Source: Glaucostegus cemiculus (lineage: Eukaryota). Taken from it: DNA of 64,000 nucleotides. The translations under genes and the position numbers were made by a program. Positions 49,173-61,801 of the stretch are shown here, piece by piece (the stretch's first letter is position 1; the number at the start of each line of letters is the position of its first letter). The notes beneath the pieces are model-generated. The model was not told where the DNA came from, ran no database searches, and saw nothing but the letters and a program-made list of their open reading frames with translations. The DNA lies in contig CDPCPM010000063.1 of assembly GCA_976551045.1 (NCBI GenBank), forward strand, positions 13,206,001 through 13,270,000, in the 5' to 3' direction.

Positions 49173-50431
49173 TTTCATATCATAGAGATGCTACCTGACC
49201 TACTGAGTTTTCTTTCCCCCCAGCATTTTCTGTTTCTGGCTCAGCAATGATAGTTGGACATAAACCTGCAAGATCCACGAATGCCAGGAAGCATGACAAG
49301 CTCATTATTTTGAATATTATGCAAAGGCAAGTTATTTTGTCCAACAAAGTAGTTTAAGAATCCACATCCTACATAGCTTGATCAATTGGTTTCTCAGTCC
49401 AATGTCAAAAATAATAAAGCAATATGTGCCCATGCTTGAGAAGTTTACAACAGACAATTTATCATAAGTACAGTATTGTTGAACCCATTATACAAATAGC
49501 CACTAGGCAGCAAGAATCAAACCTAGCAACTAAGAGGAATTTGATCCATTAATAGGATATTTAAACCACTGAACAAAACCAGGTATCTTCAGCAGACTGG
49601 AATCTACAACAAAGTTTGAATTTATTGCACATTTCCCATAAGTCTTGTGTGTAGGTTAATTGCTGAAAATAATACTGAATTTGTTTTCTCTGTTGCTTCT
49701 GAAATCTATTATATATGGTTTCAAAAATAAGGCTGGACATGGAGATTTAAGTATTTTTTTCCTCAAGCCATCAGTATGTGATTATTAAAAAAAGCAACAT
49801 GACACTTTACAACAAACAACCAAATGAAACAAAGAACATATGCTAACTTTACATTTAGTATTTTCCATAGATTTTTGAAATTGCAAGGTGAGCAAAATAA
49901 ATAACCATTACTTTTGATGAATGCCACTAGATAGAGACATCCAGATGAAGTATTCTGAATAAGCATAGACTGATTTGTAATTTAGTTTTTCTTAGAGACT
50001 GAAAGTTGATGCATTTAATTACATTGAACTTTCTAGACAGTACAAAACTAAACAATTCTGCCATACAATAATAAAAACAAAACACCAACTAGCTGAACTG
50101 AAAAACCTTAAAGAATTCAAACCACTGAGGGGTCAGTATAGGGGAGATTCACCACTGAAAGTTAACCTAAAGGGCAATACCATAAACATTCACACATTTT
50201 AGTTACAAGAATTCAGAAGCAATGCAAAGAGGGTCAGGATTATTCTGAGACACTGGTAATTTCATTAAAGTAACAGGCATCAATGCTTCACTGCTGCAAA
50301 GTACTAAGAAAAATCTACCAAGCCTAATTTCAATTCACTGCTTTACTTGCATCTTCTGCTCTCCATTTTCTTCATAAAAATGGCATTCACACAGACTTGA
50401 ATTAAGAACCAACCATCCCTTCTCTACTCAC

Positions 50432-50498
50432 CATCATACATGTAGTAGGCTCCATCTTTGAACACCAACACAGCAGGAAGTTCCTGGACAGCGATATC
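50432..50498 (-). CDS. TMX3: TMX3 exon (most 5' exon found in the window)
   Basis: cttttccaccag|GAT...GAT G|gtgagt. Reads DIAVQELPAVLVFKDGAYYMYD (human YVTLKEMPAVLVFKDETYFVYD). 67 nt; its phase-1 end joins 16855 to give GAA. Confidence 0.95.
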
Positions 50499-50989
50499 CT
50501 GGTGGAAAAGTATCACAATAAACTCAAACTGGCTTGAATATTCTGCACTGAAGTTATAGGACTTCCGCAAATCCATCAAGACACCTACAAATAAGTGTAC
50601 ATTTCAAAATGATCCACTGAAGGCAAGTAGTTTATCAACTTTGCAAAAAGAACAGACCCAAAAATCTTTAGGAGGAGCAATTCTGATGAATATGTCATCT
50701 TTTTGGATGGTAGGGCATGTAGCAAAGTCACTCCTAGCTCAGCTAACCTTGCAAAAACCCTCCTCTCAAACAGCTGGGGCTGCTGTCTAAACTGGGACAA
50801 TGCTCCATGCATTTGTGAAGCAAAAGACTGACATAGTAATCCCCACATAATCATACCTGATTTTAATCACAATCCCTGGGTATGTCCCATCCCACTAGCA
50901 AGGCAGACCCACCAGAGAAGGTGGCACTATGATAATCAGGCACTAGAGCCCTCAGAGCCCCAAGTATTGACTCTGGACACCACGGTATC

Positions 50990-52720
50990 AGGCTCTTAAA
51001 ATTGCCAAAAATAACAGTAGGTATAAGGATTCAGTGAAGGAGTACCAAGAAATTGGAAAAGGAACGGTAGAATGAGAGTAAACTGACGAGAAACAAGAAC
51101 AAATTACAAAAAGATTAGTGACGACAAACCTGAGCCCTTCATAGATATGGATGGAATAACATAAAGGGGAACAAGCAAATGGCACAGAAATTAAACAAAT
51201 ACTTTGAGTCCATCTTCACAGATGTAGAAGAACTTCCAGAAGTACAAGAACTGAAGGTTCTGTGAGAATGAGGAACTGAAGGAAATTAGTATTAGTAAAA
51301 TATTGTAGTAAAATATTATATAAAATTACTGTATTAGTAAAAACACAGTACAAGAAATTTGTGATCTACAGCCTAGAGTTTTGAAAAAGGTGGCTGTAGA
51401 GATAGTGGATGATTATCTTTCAATCTGAGGAACCATTCCAGAACTGAAGCATTTTGAAGGGTAATAAATGCGAGTCGACTATTTAGTAAGGGGGGGGGAA
51501 GAAGGGAAGAGGGAAAGTGTGAAAACAGGAAGAGTCCATTGATTTATTAGCCAAATATCAGTGATAGGGAAAATGTTGGAATCTCTAATGAAGTATGTGA
51601 AATCACAGCAGCTCAAAAAGAATAAGAATTATGCAGTTAGCATATATTTTTGAAAGGAAAATTAAGTTTGATGATCCACTGAACTTCCCTGGAGGATGGG
51701 ACTAGTAAAATAGATAAGAGACAATAGTAAATGTGGCGTATTTAGATTTTTAGATGCTTTTCAATAAGGTCCATCATAGGCATTTTGTCAGCAAGGTTAA
51801 AGCACATGCAGCTGGGGCAATATGCTGGCAAGGATAGAAAGCTGGTTAACAAACAAAGCAAATAATGGAAATAAATGGGTCCCTCTCATTTTGGGAGACT
51901 GTAACTAATGGGATAACACAAGAATTGGTGCATGGCCCTCAACTATTCACAAACTATAATTAATCTGGCTGAGGGGACTAAATGCAATATTTTCAAGTTT
52001 GCTCATATATAAAACCAGGTGGGATTGTGAATAGGCAGGAGGATGTAAAGCAGCTTCAGTGACACAGACTAGCTGAGTGAGTGGGTGATGACAGACCATA
52101 TGGAATATTATCTCAAAAAAAATGTGAGGTCATCCACTTCAATCCATAAAACACCAATTTTGTGACAGATTGAGAAATATTGATATTCAAAGGGACCAGG
52201 GTGTCCTTGTACACAAGTCACTAAAGCAACAGGCAGGTGTAGCAAGCAATTGGGGAGGCAAATGGTATATTGGCCTTGGGGTCTTGGTGAGACTGCACAT
52301 GGAGTATCATGTACAATTTTGGCCTCCTTGCCCAACAAAAAAATTACACGCGAATAAGTTTTCTGTACAAAGAGAGATTGAGCAGACAAGGCTGATGTTC
52401 AGAAAAGTTAGAGGTGATCTCATTGAAATTGACAAAATTCTTCCAAAACTCAATAGGGTGGTGGTATGGATGATGTCTCCCCTAGCTGAGTAGTCTAGGG
52501 TCACAGGGCTGAGTTTCAGAATAAGAACTGAAATGACGAATCTTTGTATTTCCTTACCACAGAGAGCTGTGGAAGCTTAGTCATTCAAAACAAGTTTGAT
52601 ATCTTCGGATGATATGGAAATCAAGGGAAATGGGGATGGGTCCAAGGCAGAAGATCAGTCATGAACTTGATAAGTGGCAGGGCAGGCTCCAAGGGCCAAA
52701 TGGCCTACACCTGCTCTTGA
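50990..52720 (+). mobile_element. Old CR1 LINE ORF2 fragment with 3' tail
   Basis: Remnants YLDF*MLFNKVHH, IFKFA and LVRLHMEYHVQFW. Tail aagggccaaatggcctacacctgctctt. Confidence 0.8.
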
Positions 52721-52739
52721 CTTGAGTGTGATCTCAAAC

Positions 52740-53500
52740 ATATGCAAGGAAACCTACTCCTGATTATCACCTATCAATCTCTCTCAACTAAGGAATCATT
52801 GCATATCCATGTTGAATAGCACTTAGAAAAAAATGGTGGTAGTAGTACACAGAATGTATTCTGTGGGGAAATGTCAATGTTCATCATTAAACAGTGGTTT
52901 GGTATCACCATGAACCAACAGAAGGGATAAACCTATTTGACCTCATCCTCACCAAGGTGTACACGGCAGATAGATCTATCCATGGTAGCATTAACAGAAA
53001 TGACCACCATACAGTTACCAATGCCCAGTCTGGGTTTCATCAGGATGATTAGGCTCCATAGCTTATCATAGCCTTGGCTCAAACATGGACTAAAGTGCTA
53101 AACTTCAGTGAGGGAGCATTTGATTAGATATGGCATCAAGCTTTGGTAAAAGTGAAATCAATGAGAATCAAGAGCAAAACACTGGTCCGTGCACTACAAA
53201 AGATGGTTGTGAATGTTCAAGTTCAATCATCCAAACCCTGGACATCACTGCTGGAGATTCTTAGGGCAGAGTCCAAACACCTTCAGCTTCTTCATTAATG
53301 ACATCACAAAGCCTTAAGTGGGCATGTTCATATATGATTTCACAAACGTTCAATTCTCTTCAGTAAATGAAGTAGATGTCACCAGCATGTAAGAGTGAGA
53401 CAATATTCAGGCATGGACTGAGAAGTGGCAAGTAACATTTGTGTCATAAAAGTGCCAAAGACCATCTCCAACACAGAGAGACTAACTATCTACACTAAAG
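52740..53500 (+). mobile_element. Old CR1/L2-group LINE fragments (same family as 17660 and 42230-43110)
   Basis: tttgacctcatcctcacc (FDLILT), aatgcccagtctgggtttcatcagga, gacaatattcaggcatggactgagaagtggcaagtaacattt. Confidence 0.55.
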
Positions 53501-54504
53501 TCCTCACTGTCAAGATCTGAGTGGAATGGGGGGGGGGGGGGCGGCGGCTGTGGGGTGTGGTGGGAAGAAACTAAACTATCCCCTTTCCACAAAACAAAAA
53601 TCTTTGACTGTTAATATTTGTTATTGCTGGCCAAAGACAATTAAAGTATTCAAACTGCCATACAGAGAAATTCAAACAAATATTTTCCAATTTCCAGAGA
53701 TGGAGAACGTCAGATATAGGTTAGGAAACTCCAAGTTTAAGTAACTGAAACACACAGCACTGTTACATCCATTGCAGCTTTTCCAATTGCTCAAGATTCA
53801 TTAGGGCAGAGCAAGAAGAATTCTATTTTCCACTAACTGCTTTGCATTTTCAAGTCCAAAGCTTGTTTGGTCCTCCCAATTCAAGTATCAGGTTAGAGTC
53901 AGCTATAGAAGGTCAAGTTAAATTCAACCTCATGCATCTGTCACACCACCTCCAGGCCTGTTTACCTCGCCATTAAAGATAGGCATGACAGTCATATGTA
54001 GATAATGCAGTGGTTAAATGCATGATCAGAATTAAAAAACTACACCAGAATTAGTACAGATTCAGATTATAATAGATGATCAGTGTGAACTATTAAAAGG
54101 TGCTTTGGGATATTTGTACTACATTAAAAATGTCATAAATGCAAACAGCCATTGCTCATTTAGAATTTGGCAACGGACTCAGTGCAAAGAGATTCCTACA
54201 TCCATGTTTAAGTCATTCTTGATTCTTCATCATACAAGTATGCAAAGCATATCAGGTGATGAGGTAGGGAGGGGGCTCTCAAGACAGCATGAGACAAATG
54301 TTTAAGATTCTCAAAACATGCACCTCTCTTTTCTATTTTATTAATATGGGAAATTCAGAAGTCATATTTTATGCTGTAGCTTTAGGAATTCAGCTTCTAT
54401 GGGTTTATATTTACATGAGATCAAAAGAACATGATTGAAATATGACAGTTTTCTAAAAAAAATCATCTTACAGGGAACTACTTCAGATGCATAAAAGGTA
54501 GACA

Positions 54505-56110
54505 TAATGCATCCAACGCACGTTTGGAACAGAAGGGAAGTGGATTGTCACCATCCACCCTGACAGCCACCAATGAAGCTGAACCTGTGATCACAGTGGA
54601 GGACGTTAGATCAGTCTTCCAGAGAGTGAACACGAGGAAAGCACCTGGCCCAGATGGTGTCCTTGGCTGTATGCTCAGATCTTGTGCTGATCAGCTGGCA
54701 GAAGTATTTGCAGACATATTCAACCTCTCCCTGCTTCAATCCCAGGTTCCCACCTGTTTTAAGGAGACCACCATCATCCCGGTACTGACGAAAAGCAAGG
54801 TAACATGCCTCAATGACTACCAACCAGTGGCTCTGACATCCACCATCGGGAAGTGCTTTGAGAGGTTGGTCATAGCACACATCAACTCTAGCCTACCAGA
54901 CAACCCAGACCCACTGCAATTTGCCTATGACTGAAACAGGTCTACAGCAGATGCCATCTCCCTGGCCCTACACTCAGCTCTGGAGCATCTGGACAGTAAA
55001 GACACCTACGTTAGATTGTTTATTGACTACAGCTCTGTCTCCAATAATCCCCAGTAAGATGGTCACCAAACTCCAAGACCTGGGATACAACACCTCCCTC
55101 TGTAATTGGACCCTTGACTTTCTAACAAACAGACTGCAATCAGCGAGGACAGGCAGCAATACCTCCAGCACAATTATTCTCAACACTGGTACCCCACAAG
55201 GCTGTGTCCTCAGCCCTCTGCTCTACTCCCTATACACTCATGACTGCGTGGCCAGATTTTGCTCTAACTCCATCTACAAATTTGCAGATGATACCACTAT
55301 TGTAGGCCGTATCTCAAACAGCGATGAGTCAGAGTACAGGAAGGAGATCGAGAACTTAGTGGCATGGTGTCATGACAACAACCTTTCCCTCAATGTCAAC
55401 AAAGCAAAAGAGCTAGTCATTGACTTTAGGAAAGGGTGCAATGTACATGCACCTGTCTACATGAACGGTGCTGAGGTAGAGAGGGTTGAGAGCTTCAAGT
55501 TCCTGGGTGTGAACGAGGCTAAAGAAATTTGGTCTGTCTCCTTTGACTCTCACCAACTTTTACAGATGCACCATAGAAAGCAAGGATGCTACCATGGCTT
55601 GGTACAGCAATTGCTCTGCCCAGGACTGCAAGAAGCTGCAGAAAGTTGTGGAGACAGCCCAGCACATTATGGACACCAGCCTCCCCTCCTTGGACTCTGT
55701 CTTTACCTCTCGTTGTCTTGGTGAAGCAACCAGCATAATCAAAGACCCCACCCATCCAGGACATTCTCTCCTCTCCTCTTCCATCGGGTAGAAGATACAG
55801 GAGCCCGAGGGCATGTATCACCAGACTTAAGGACAACTTCTACCCCACTCTGATAAGACTATTGAGCAGTTCCATTATACGGTGAGATGGACTACCTCAA
55901 GATCTATCTTGTGAGCTCGTACCTCATTGCACTGCACTTTCTCTGTAGCTGTGACACTTTGTACTGCATTGTTTTTACCTGTACTACCTCCATGCACTCT
56001 GTACTAATGCAATGTAACTGCACCATGTAATGAATTGACCTGTATGATCGGTTTGTAAGACAAGCTTTTCACTGTACCTTGGTACAAGTGACAATAATAA
56101 ACCAATACCT
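54505..56110 (+). mobile_element. Rex1/Babar LINE, 5'-truncated RT with 3' UTR
   Basis: Reads [66 protein letters not shown] and [10 protein letters not shown]. It ends gtgacaataataaaccaatacc. Confidence 0.92.
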
Positions 56111-56659
56111 GAGGAATCTATAGGGGCAACGTGGTTTAAAGAAATAATAGCGGAAAGATGAAATCACCACAAATTGTCAACAAATGGAATGGTTGGGATA
56201 TTGAAATTACACATAATGCCAGAAAGACCAGGAGGAAAGGAGAACCATAGTTGGTTATCTAGACAGGTTATGGGATAAGGATTGATTTATTTTTAAACTC
56301 CATATGTTAAGAAACAGATTGAACTTGGAGATAATGGGCAAGCCATAGTTTGGAAAAAATTCACACCCTGGTTTCAGGAGTGATTGCATGCTTGTCAGTA
56401 AGCAAAAATCTAGAAAGAAGCATAATAGCAAAAATGAATCAAATGATGACAAAGGGAAGAATGAGTAGTTAGGTTAAGAAGGGCAATTACAAAAGTTACA
56501 ACAGCTTGTTGATAGATGTTTGAAGCTTGTGTCTGGATTAAACAAGGCGCAGAATCTGGTTCATCCCGATTGAGGAATAAGGCTATTGGAAGGCCAACGT
56601 TAGCTGATGCTTGCTGAACTGAACTTTGAGAACCATTTCTGGACTTGGAATTTGGAAAT

Positions 56660-56832
56660 TTGCCACACACACTTAGAGTTTAGTTTTTGGGGTTAATGTT
56701 TAAGATTTAGCATTTTTACTTCTAACATTTTAACATTTTTATTTTTCTTATTATCCTAAGTAGTTATTAATAAAGCAGTTTTTAACACTTATACATGACT
56801 CAGTGCGCTTCTTTTGTTGCTGGTTCATAACA
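56660..56832 (+). mobile_element. Possible LTR 3' (U5) fragment
   Basis: A T-rich stretch, then AATAAA at ~56769, ending ttgttgctggttcataACA, a typical LTR terminus. No matching 5' TG end was identified. Confidence 0.35.
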
Positions 56833-57049
56833 ATACTATTAACACAATGATCATGAAAGTACTTATAAAATGCATGACAGAAAATGAAAACAAGGCATAA
56901 TGGGGTGGAGAAAAATTTATATTTTTTTGTTTGTTTAGATTAATAATAACTGCAGTGTTATTTGGATATCAGAATGAGAATCATATGTATATTTGTTTCA
57001 GCATCTCAACAAAACTTCAAAAAACCATTCAACCAGAAAAAATAATGGG

Positions 57050-57640
57050 GGGAGGGGGCGTCATCGGTGGGGGTGGGAAATCCTTGCCAAAGTAGTAGGC
57101 CCAGAGACAGAGGCAACGGAAGAAGAACTCAGCATCATGGCAGATGCAGAAATCATTGAGCTGCAGGCTCAGGGGGCCATAGGTAAAGCCCCTGCTAAGA
57201 ACAGATCATTCCACCTTAGACAGGGGAAGCTTGGAGGGGATAGTGAAGACACGGCAGGGGTTGGAGCTGGGGTCAGAAGAGAGACGACAGTTAGAAGGGA
57301 CAGAGGAGGTGGGGCAGGAGGAAGATGGGGGCTCAGAGGAGTGAAGAGGGGGATGAGAGGTAAGCTTGAGAGACCAGGGTGGGTGGGGAGTAGTGGTGGA
57401 GGAAGAGCAGTAGGAAGAGGTGGAGAGCCTTAGTTTGGAGGCAGACAGGGCTGAGGTAGAGGTCAAAGCTGGAGGCGGCAGGGGCAGTGGCCTGGAGGTG
57501 GTCAAAGTCAAGGTTGAAGTCAGAGCCAGAAGGGGCCACAAACCCTGAGATTGGGACTAAGAATGCTGGGTTCCCCAAACGACAGATCAACTTGATGTAC
57601 TGTATGAAAGCAGTGAGTGCTTTAGTTTCTCTTTGCAATT
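57050..57640 (-). mobile_element. Penelope-like element ORF N-terminal fragment
   Basis: The minus strand reads NPCRVFTIPSKLPLSKVE*SVLSRGFTYGPL..LNDF...HDAEFFFRCL, the PLE LSxxExSVLSKGLxFxP motif. Confidence 0.7.
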
Positions 57641-59859
57641 AAAAGTTAGAATGAAGTATACCTTTCATCAAATGTCATCAGTGTGTCTCTAACTAAAGTC
57701 TAATTCAGCACAGGATCCTAGTGACCCATTTGGGACCTGCCTGTAGTAATGCATGGGCAGAATAGGTGGATACATTCTTGCTAGGTAGGAAATTAATGGG
57801 ACTTTCTGAAAAATAAAGATGAAACTTCTGGGTAGAGAATGGCACAACTATGCTGGAACTTACAGCTCCAAAATAGTTTTAATAGATGTGGTAAAGGTTA
57901 TACGAGCCAATGACCATTGGGAGATATTGGCAGATAGTGGAGAAAGAAAATGAATGACATGAAAGGGCCCTGAAAGCTTAGGAAATTAACCTGGTACAGG
58001 TGGTGCCCTTGAGCCAGTTTCAAAATCAGGGTGAACACAGCTGTGGTAAAGCTGAGGAGACACTAACAGCCAAGGAATAGCTTACAAGAACGAGCAAAAC
58101 TGTACTGGCTATTTCACAACTTGCCTACACTGACCAAATGCATCATTCAGTTGATGTCAACAGGAGATAGCTGTATTACAGTCTCGGATTTCAACCTAGA
58201 AAGGCAAAATGTGCAACTTTGCAGATTAAAACACATGATGGCGGAGAGATTAATTGGGATATGAAACATAATTAGAAAACAGGGCTCATCTTTAAATCCA
58301 GTGAATTGTCACTTATGAAAGTGAATTAGTGGACCTAGTTCACCCAACTGCTTTAACTAACTTATCCACAGGTCAAATTCTAAAGCCAGAGGAAATGACT
58401 ATAGATATGGAAGCACAGTTGTTTATAAGCATAAATGTAGTAGAATGAAGAGGGACTTGGAAAGGATATATGTAATCAGGTGCGTACAGTAATATGCAAG
58501 TACATCAGACAAAGATCAAGTGATTAAAGTCTTTTACAGCAGGTTCAATGAGCAGTGAAACTCAGTGTCTGCAACTTGGAAGATGGAAGCTGTTAACCCT
58601 TTGTATTCTTAGCTGTTAGTTGATTTCTTTAAGTTCGTAAACCATGTCTTGGAAGGAATTCTGAACTATAGACTGCAGATTAAGGTTTTAATTACTGACA
58701 TTAGCATATTGTCTTTTGATCGCAATAGCAAATTTCAGGCTCTGGAGTTTTGGAAATGCTTGAATATACTTCTTTGCATGATTTTGTAACTTTGTTTCTC
58801 TTTCCACAGATGTGACCTAATATTGGAATTAATCCTCATCATAGTGATGTATGCAAAGTGTAAGAGACAAAAATTAAATGGTCGAAGTATAGTAGTTATT
58901 ATAATAGACACAATTAATTAATAACAAAACTTGTAGACGGGCATACCACTACAATCAATAGTCAGTTTGTGGGCAGAAATCATATATGCAATTAGTTAAA
59001 TTATTTTATATGTTGATAAAATACATTTAATATCGCTATTATCAATTCAATGTAAAGCAGCATGCACTACTGCCTGAAGAGAGATGTTATGATCCTTTAT
59101 GGCTGCCAGGATCAATGGGAGGATTCAGAGAGTCTAAACACTCATCATAGAAAAGAGAAAAAATAAACTGTGTTCAGTCTTGGATATCTGGAGATGACCA
59201 CAAACAGCAATGGTCTGTGACGCTCTTTGAGAATGCCATGGGAGTACAGGCTGGAAGGTTGACAACAAGCTTGAACAGAGGAGTGAGTTGTCTGTCATAG
59301 ATCAATAATGGAATCAGAATCATACAGCACAGTTACAGGCCCTTCAGTCCATGCCAACTATCATGCACCCACCAACATTAATCCCATTTTCCTCTCACAT
59401 TCCCATCAATTATAAGTTTGAATAAAGCTGAGAAATAGGATTTTCACCTGTCATCAGTGGTGTCTAATAAAAGTGTGAATTCTGCACAACACATGGAACA
59501 GAAAAAAAAACTTATCTGGCAAATGAAGTCAGAGCAAATGTACGCATGTAGCACAATGCTACTGCAAAACCAGAGGTGACCAAGATTAACAAGGTTAATG
59601 ACTACTGTCACTGGGAATGGCATCAGTAACAATGTTGCAGTTCCTACCCCAAAATTTTTGCTTGCTCAACACTGGAATTCTCTTTTGATAGCATTATGGA
59701 AGTATCCAAAACAAAAAGGCCTGCCACCACAATCTCTGGGAACTAATAATATCAATAAGTTCCTAGAAGAAATAATAAGAGGGAATCAAATGCCATTAAT
59801 GGTCACAAATGAAAACAATCACTTATCTACTACAGTATTTGAAAAAAAATCAAAAAAAT

Positions 59860-59980
59860 TGCTGAAGCTGGAAACCTGTAATAAAAACAAAATGCTGGAA
59901 ATACTCAGCAGTTTGGGCAGCATCTGTGGAAAGGGAAATAGAATCAACATTTCAGGTGAAAGATCTTTCATCATAACTCT
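59860..59980 (-). mobile_element. Penelope-derived short repeat with a degenerate hammerhead motif (59940-59980)
   Basis: Minus strand: agagtt-ATGATGA-aagatctttcacct-GAAA-tgtt-gattct, followed by ccacagatgctgcc...tgctgagtatttccagcatttt. Confidence 0.65.
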
Positions 59981-61199
59981 TAAGCCATAAATCACTATCC
60001 ATGGCAATCTGACGGTGAATATGTTTCACAAGTAAACTATGTTCTTGTGATTAAAACTACAAGAGATCTACTAGTATGTTTTAAAATGTTTACGTACTGA
60101 ATCCTAAATGGATCTATTTGGCATTGTAATCAGTACCACACTTCATATTTTGGTAACTTAAGAAAACAATATTCAACAACTATCATGAATAAAACATTAG
60201 ACAGTTTAACAACTTCTATTTGCCTATGAAGCTTGTAGCATATCAAGCTTTGTGCTGAAAGCTGAAGAGATATTCAAACCAAAAGGAAAAAGGAACAAGT
60301 TTTTAAGCTAATTCAAGTTGGTGCAACTTACTTATCTCATTAATTAATTATTTGAGGGCCTATTCCAGAATGTTAGGCAGTCAAAAAAAAATCAAAGGGG
60401 GTAAGGTAACAAGGAGGGAGGCTGGCTTGGATAGGTGGTGTGAAATTTTGTTTGATAATCCTGAAAAGGATTGCATTGAACCCAAAGTATTTAAATCTCC
60501 TATACTAGTAGATCTCCTATTATTTTAATCAGAGGGTGTCAGTGAATATGTTACACAAGTAAAATATCATTTGATATAGATAGCGATTTAGTTATTAAGT
60601 GTTTTAATAATGTACCAAGACCATTAATGACATTTTATTCACTTGTTATCTGTTCTTGTGATTTGGTTGTCATTACTAATTCCTAGGTTGCATTGGCAGG
60701 CCTCTTTCAAAGTGACTAGTTCTTTTTGCTCTTTTTGGCACTTCCAAAATGGTATCAAAGAGCAACAATTATAGCATGTGCTTTGTGTGCATGGGGGTAG
60801 AAACCACAACATTGTTGTTCCTGTTTGGCTGTTAACAATCATTAACCTTGATAAATTAACTTGGTCAGATGCTGCAACAGAACCTTCCACAGTGTGTCAT
60901 TGATGAAAGGGCCGGCAGAGGAGATGGGTTATGTATACTACTCAGTCCTGAATATGGCTGTAATTGAAGTCTTGTTGTGACTGTCCCAATCCAATGAACA
61001 GCAAATAATACCATCTAACAACAGAGAAATTATTCAGAAAGTCACTTATCACCCAATATTTTTTCTGTTGTATTCAGAACAGCAGCTTGGCTGGTTGACT
61101 TCAGTGTTCTGACCTCTTGTATGCTGATGTGTGAAAACATGGCAATGTTGCTATTGCTGAAGGTCAAGGGATATATCTCGACTTTCTCCTCTAAGATGA

Positions 61200-61720
61200 T
61201 AGTTAATATGCTGGTTTATGTGGCATGAATGCTGCCTGCCACTTGCCAGTTGGATACTGAGCAAAATGGGTGATTAATAAAATATTTGATGGTGGAGAGA
61301 AAAGGAATGACAAAGGCATTCAGATGGTTAGGGAAGATAAAAGCAAAAAGAAGCATGAAATATATGAAAGACAAGAAAGGGCAGGGGAAGTACAGGAGCT
61401 CGAGTCTGGGATGCAAGGCAGTTCTCAATCCCAGTATTAGTCTGGAAGGAGATGGAAGCATACAGTTGAGCAAGCTAACCAATTTTGATCGTCATTGACA
61501 GTGGTGTACATCATGCAGATTGGGAACAAATATTCCTGCAGTTTTTGGAAAGGATCTGCACCAGTTCTGTGATGTGGGAAGCAGATTTGCACATTCCTGC
61601 AATTTGTGCCACAGGATTGAGATATGGTCAGTGACTCAGGGCAGTGCAGTCAGTATGGCTCCAATGTTGGTTAATTTCAAGAGAGCATCTTATTTTCAGC
61701 CAAGAACTGCTATGCTTGTC
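61200..61720 (-). mobile_element. Old L2-like fragment
   Basis: Purine-rich plus strand. The minus strand reads LRTALHPRLELL, a weak match to the L2 NLGVxxDxxLSF region. Confidence 0.35.
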
Positions 61721-61752
61721 ATGCTTCAAAACTAATTGTATGACCTACTGAG

Positions 61753-61801
61753 GGGGTTCAGTGAACTGTTTCCATAGCACAGAAACAGTTCCCTGAACCC
61801 C
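61753..61801. repeat. 20-bp inverted repeat with a 9-nt loop
   Basis: ggggttcagtgaactgtttc-catagcaca-gaaacagttccctgaacccc, 19/20 complementary. Confidence 0.9.

Noticed and set aside
54468-54515. Minus-strand STFYASEVVP followed by gtaag, resembling the missing upstream TMX3 exon end (FFSASEEVVPE)
   Set aside because: The donor would be phase 1 but the next exon starts in phase 0, the upstream residues do not match, and it abuts the Rex1 insertion.
56993-57433. 146-aa Gly/Arg-rich plus-strand ORF
   Set aside because: It is the antisense shadow of a pyrimidine-rich Penelope ORF fragment.
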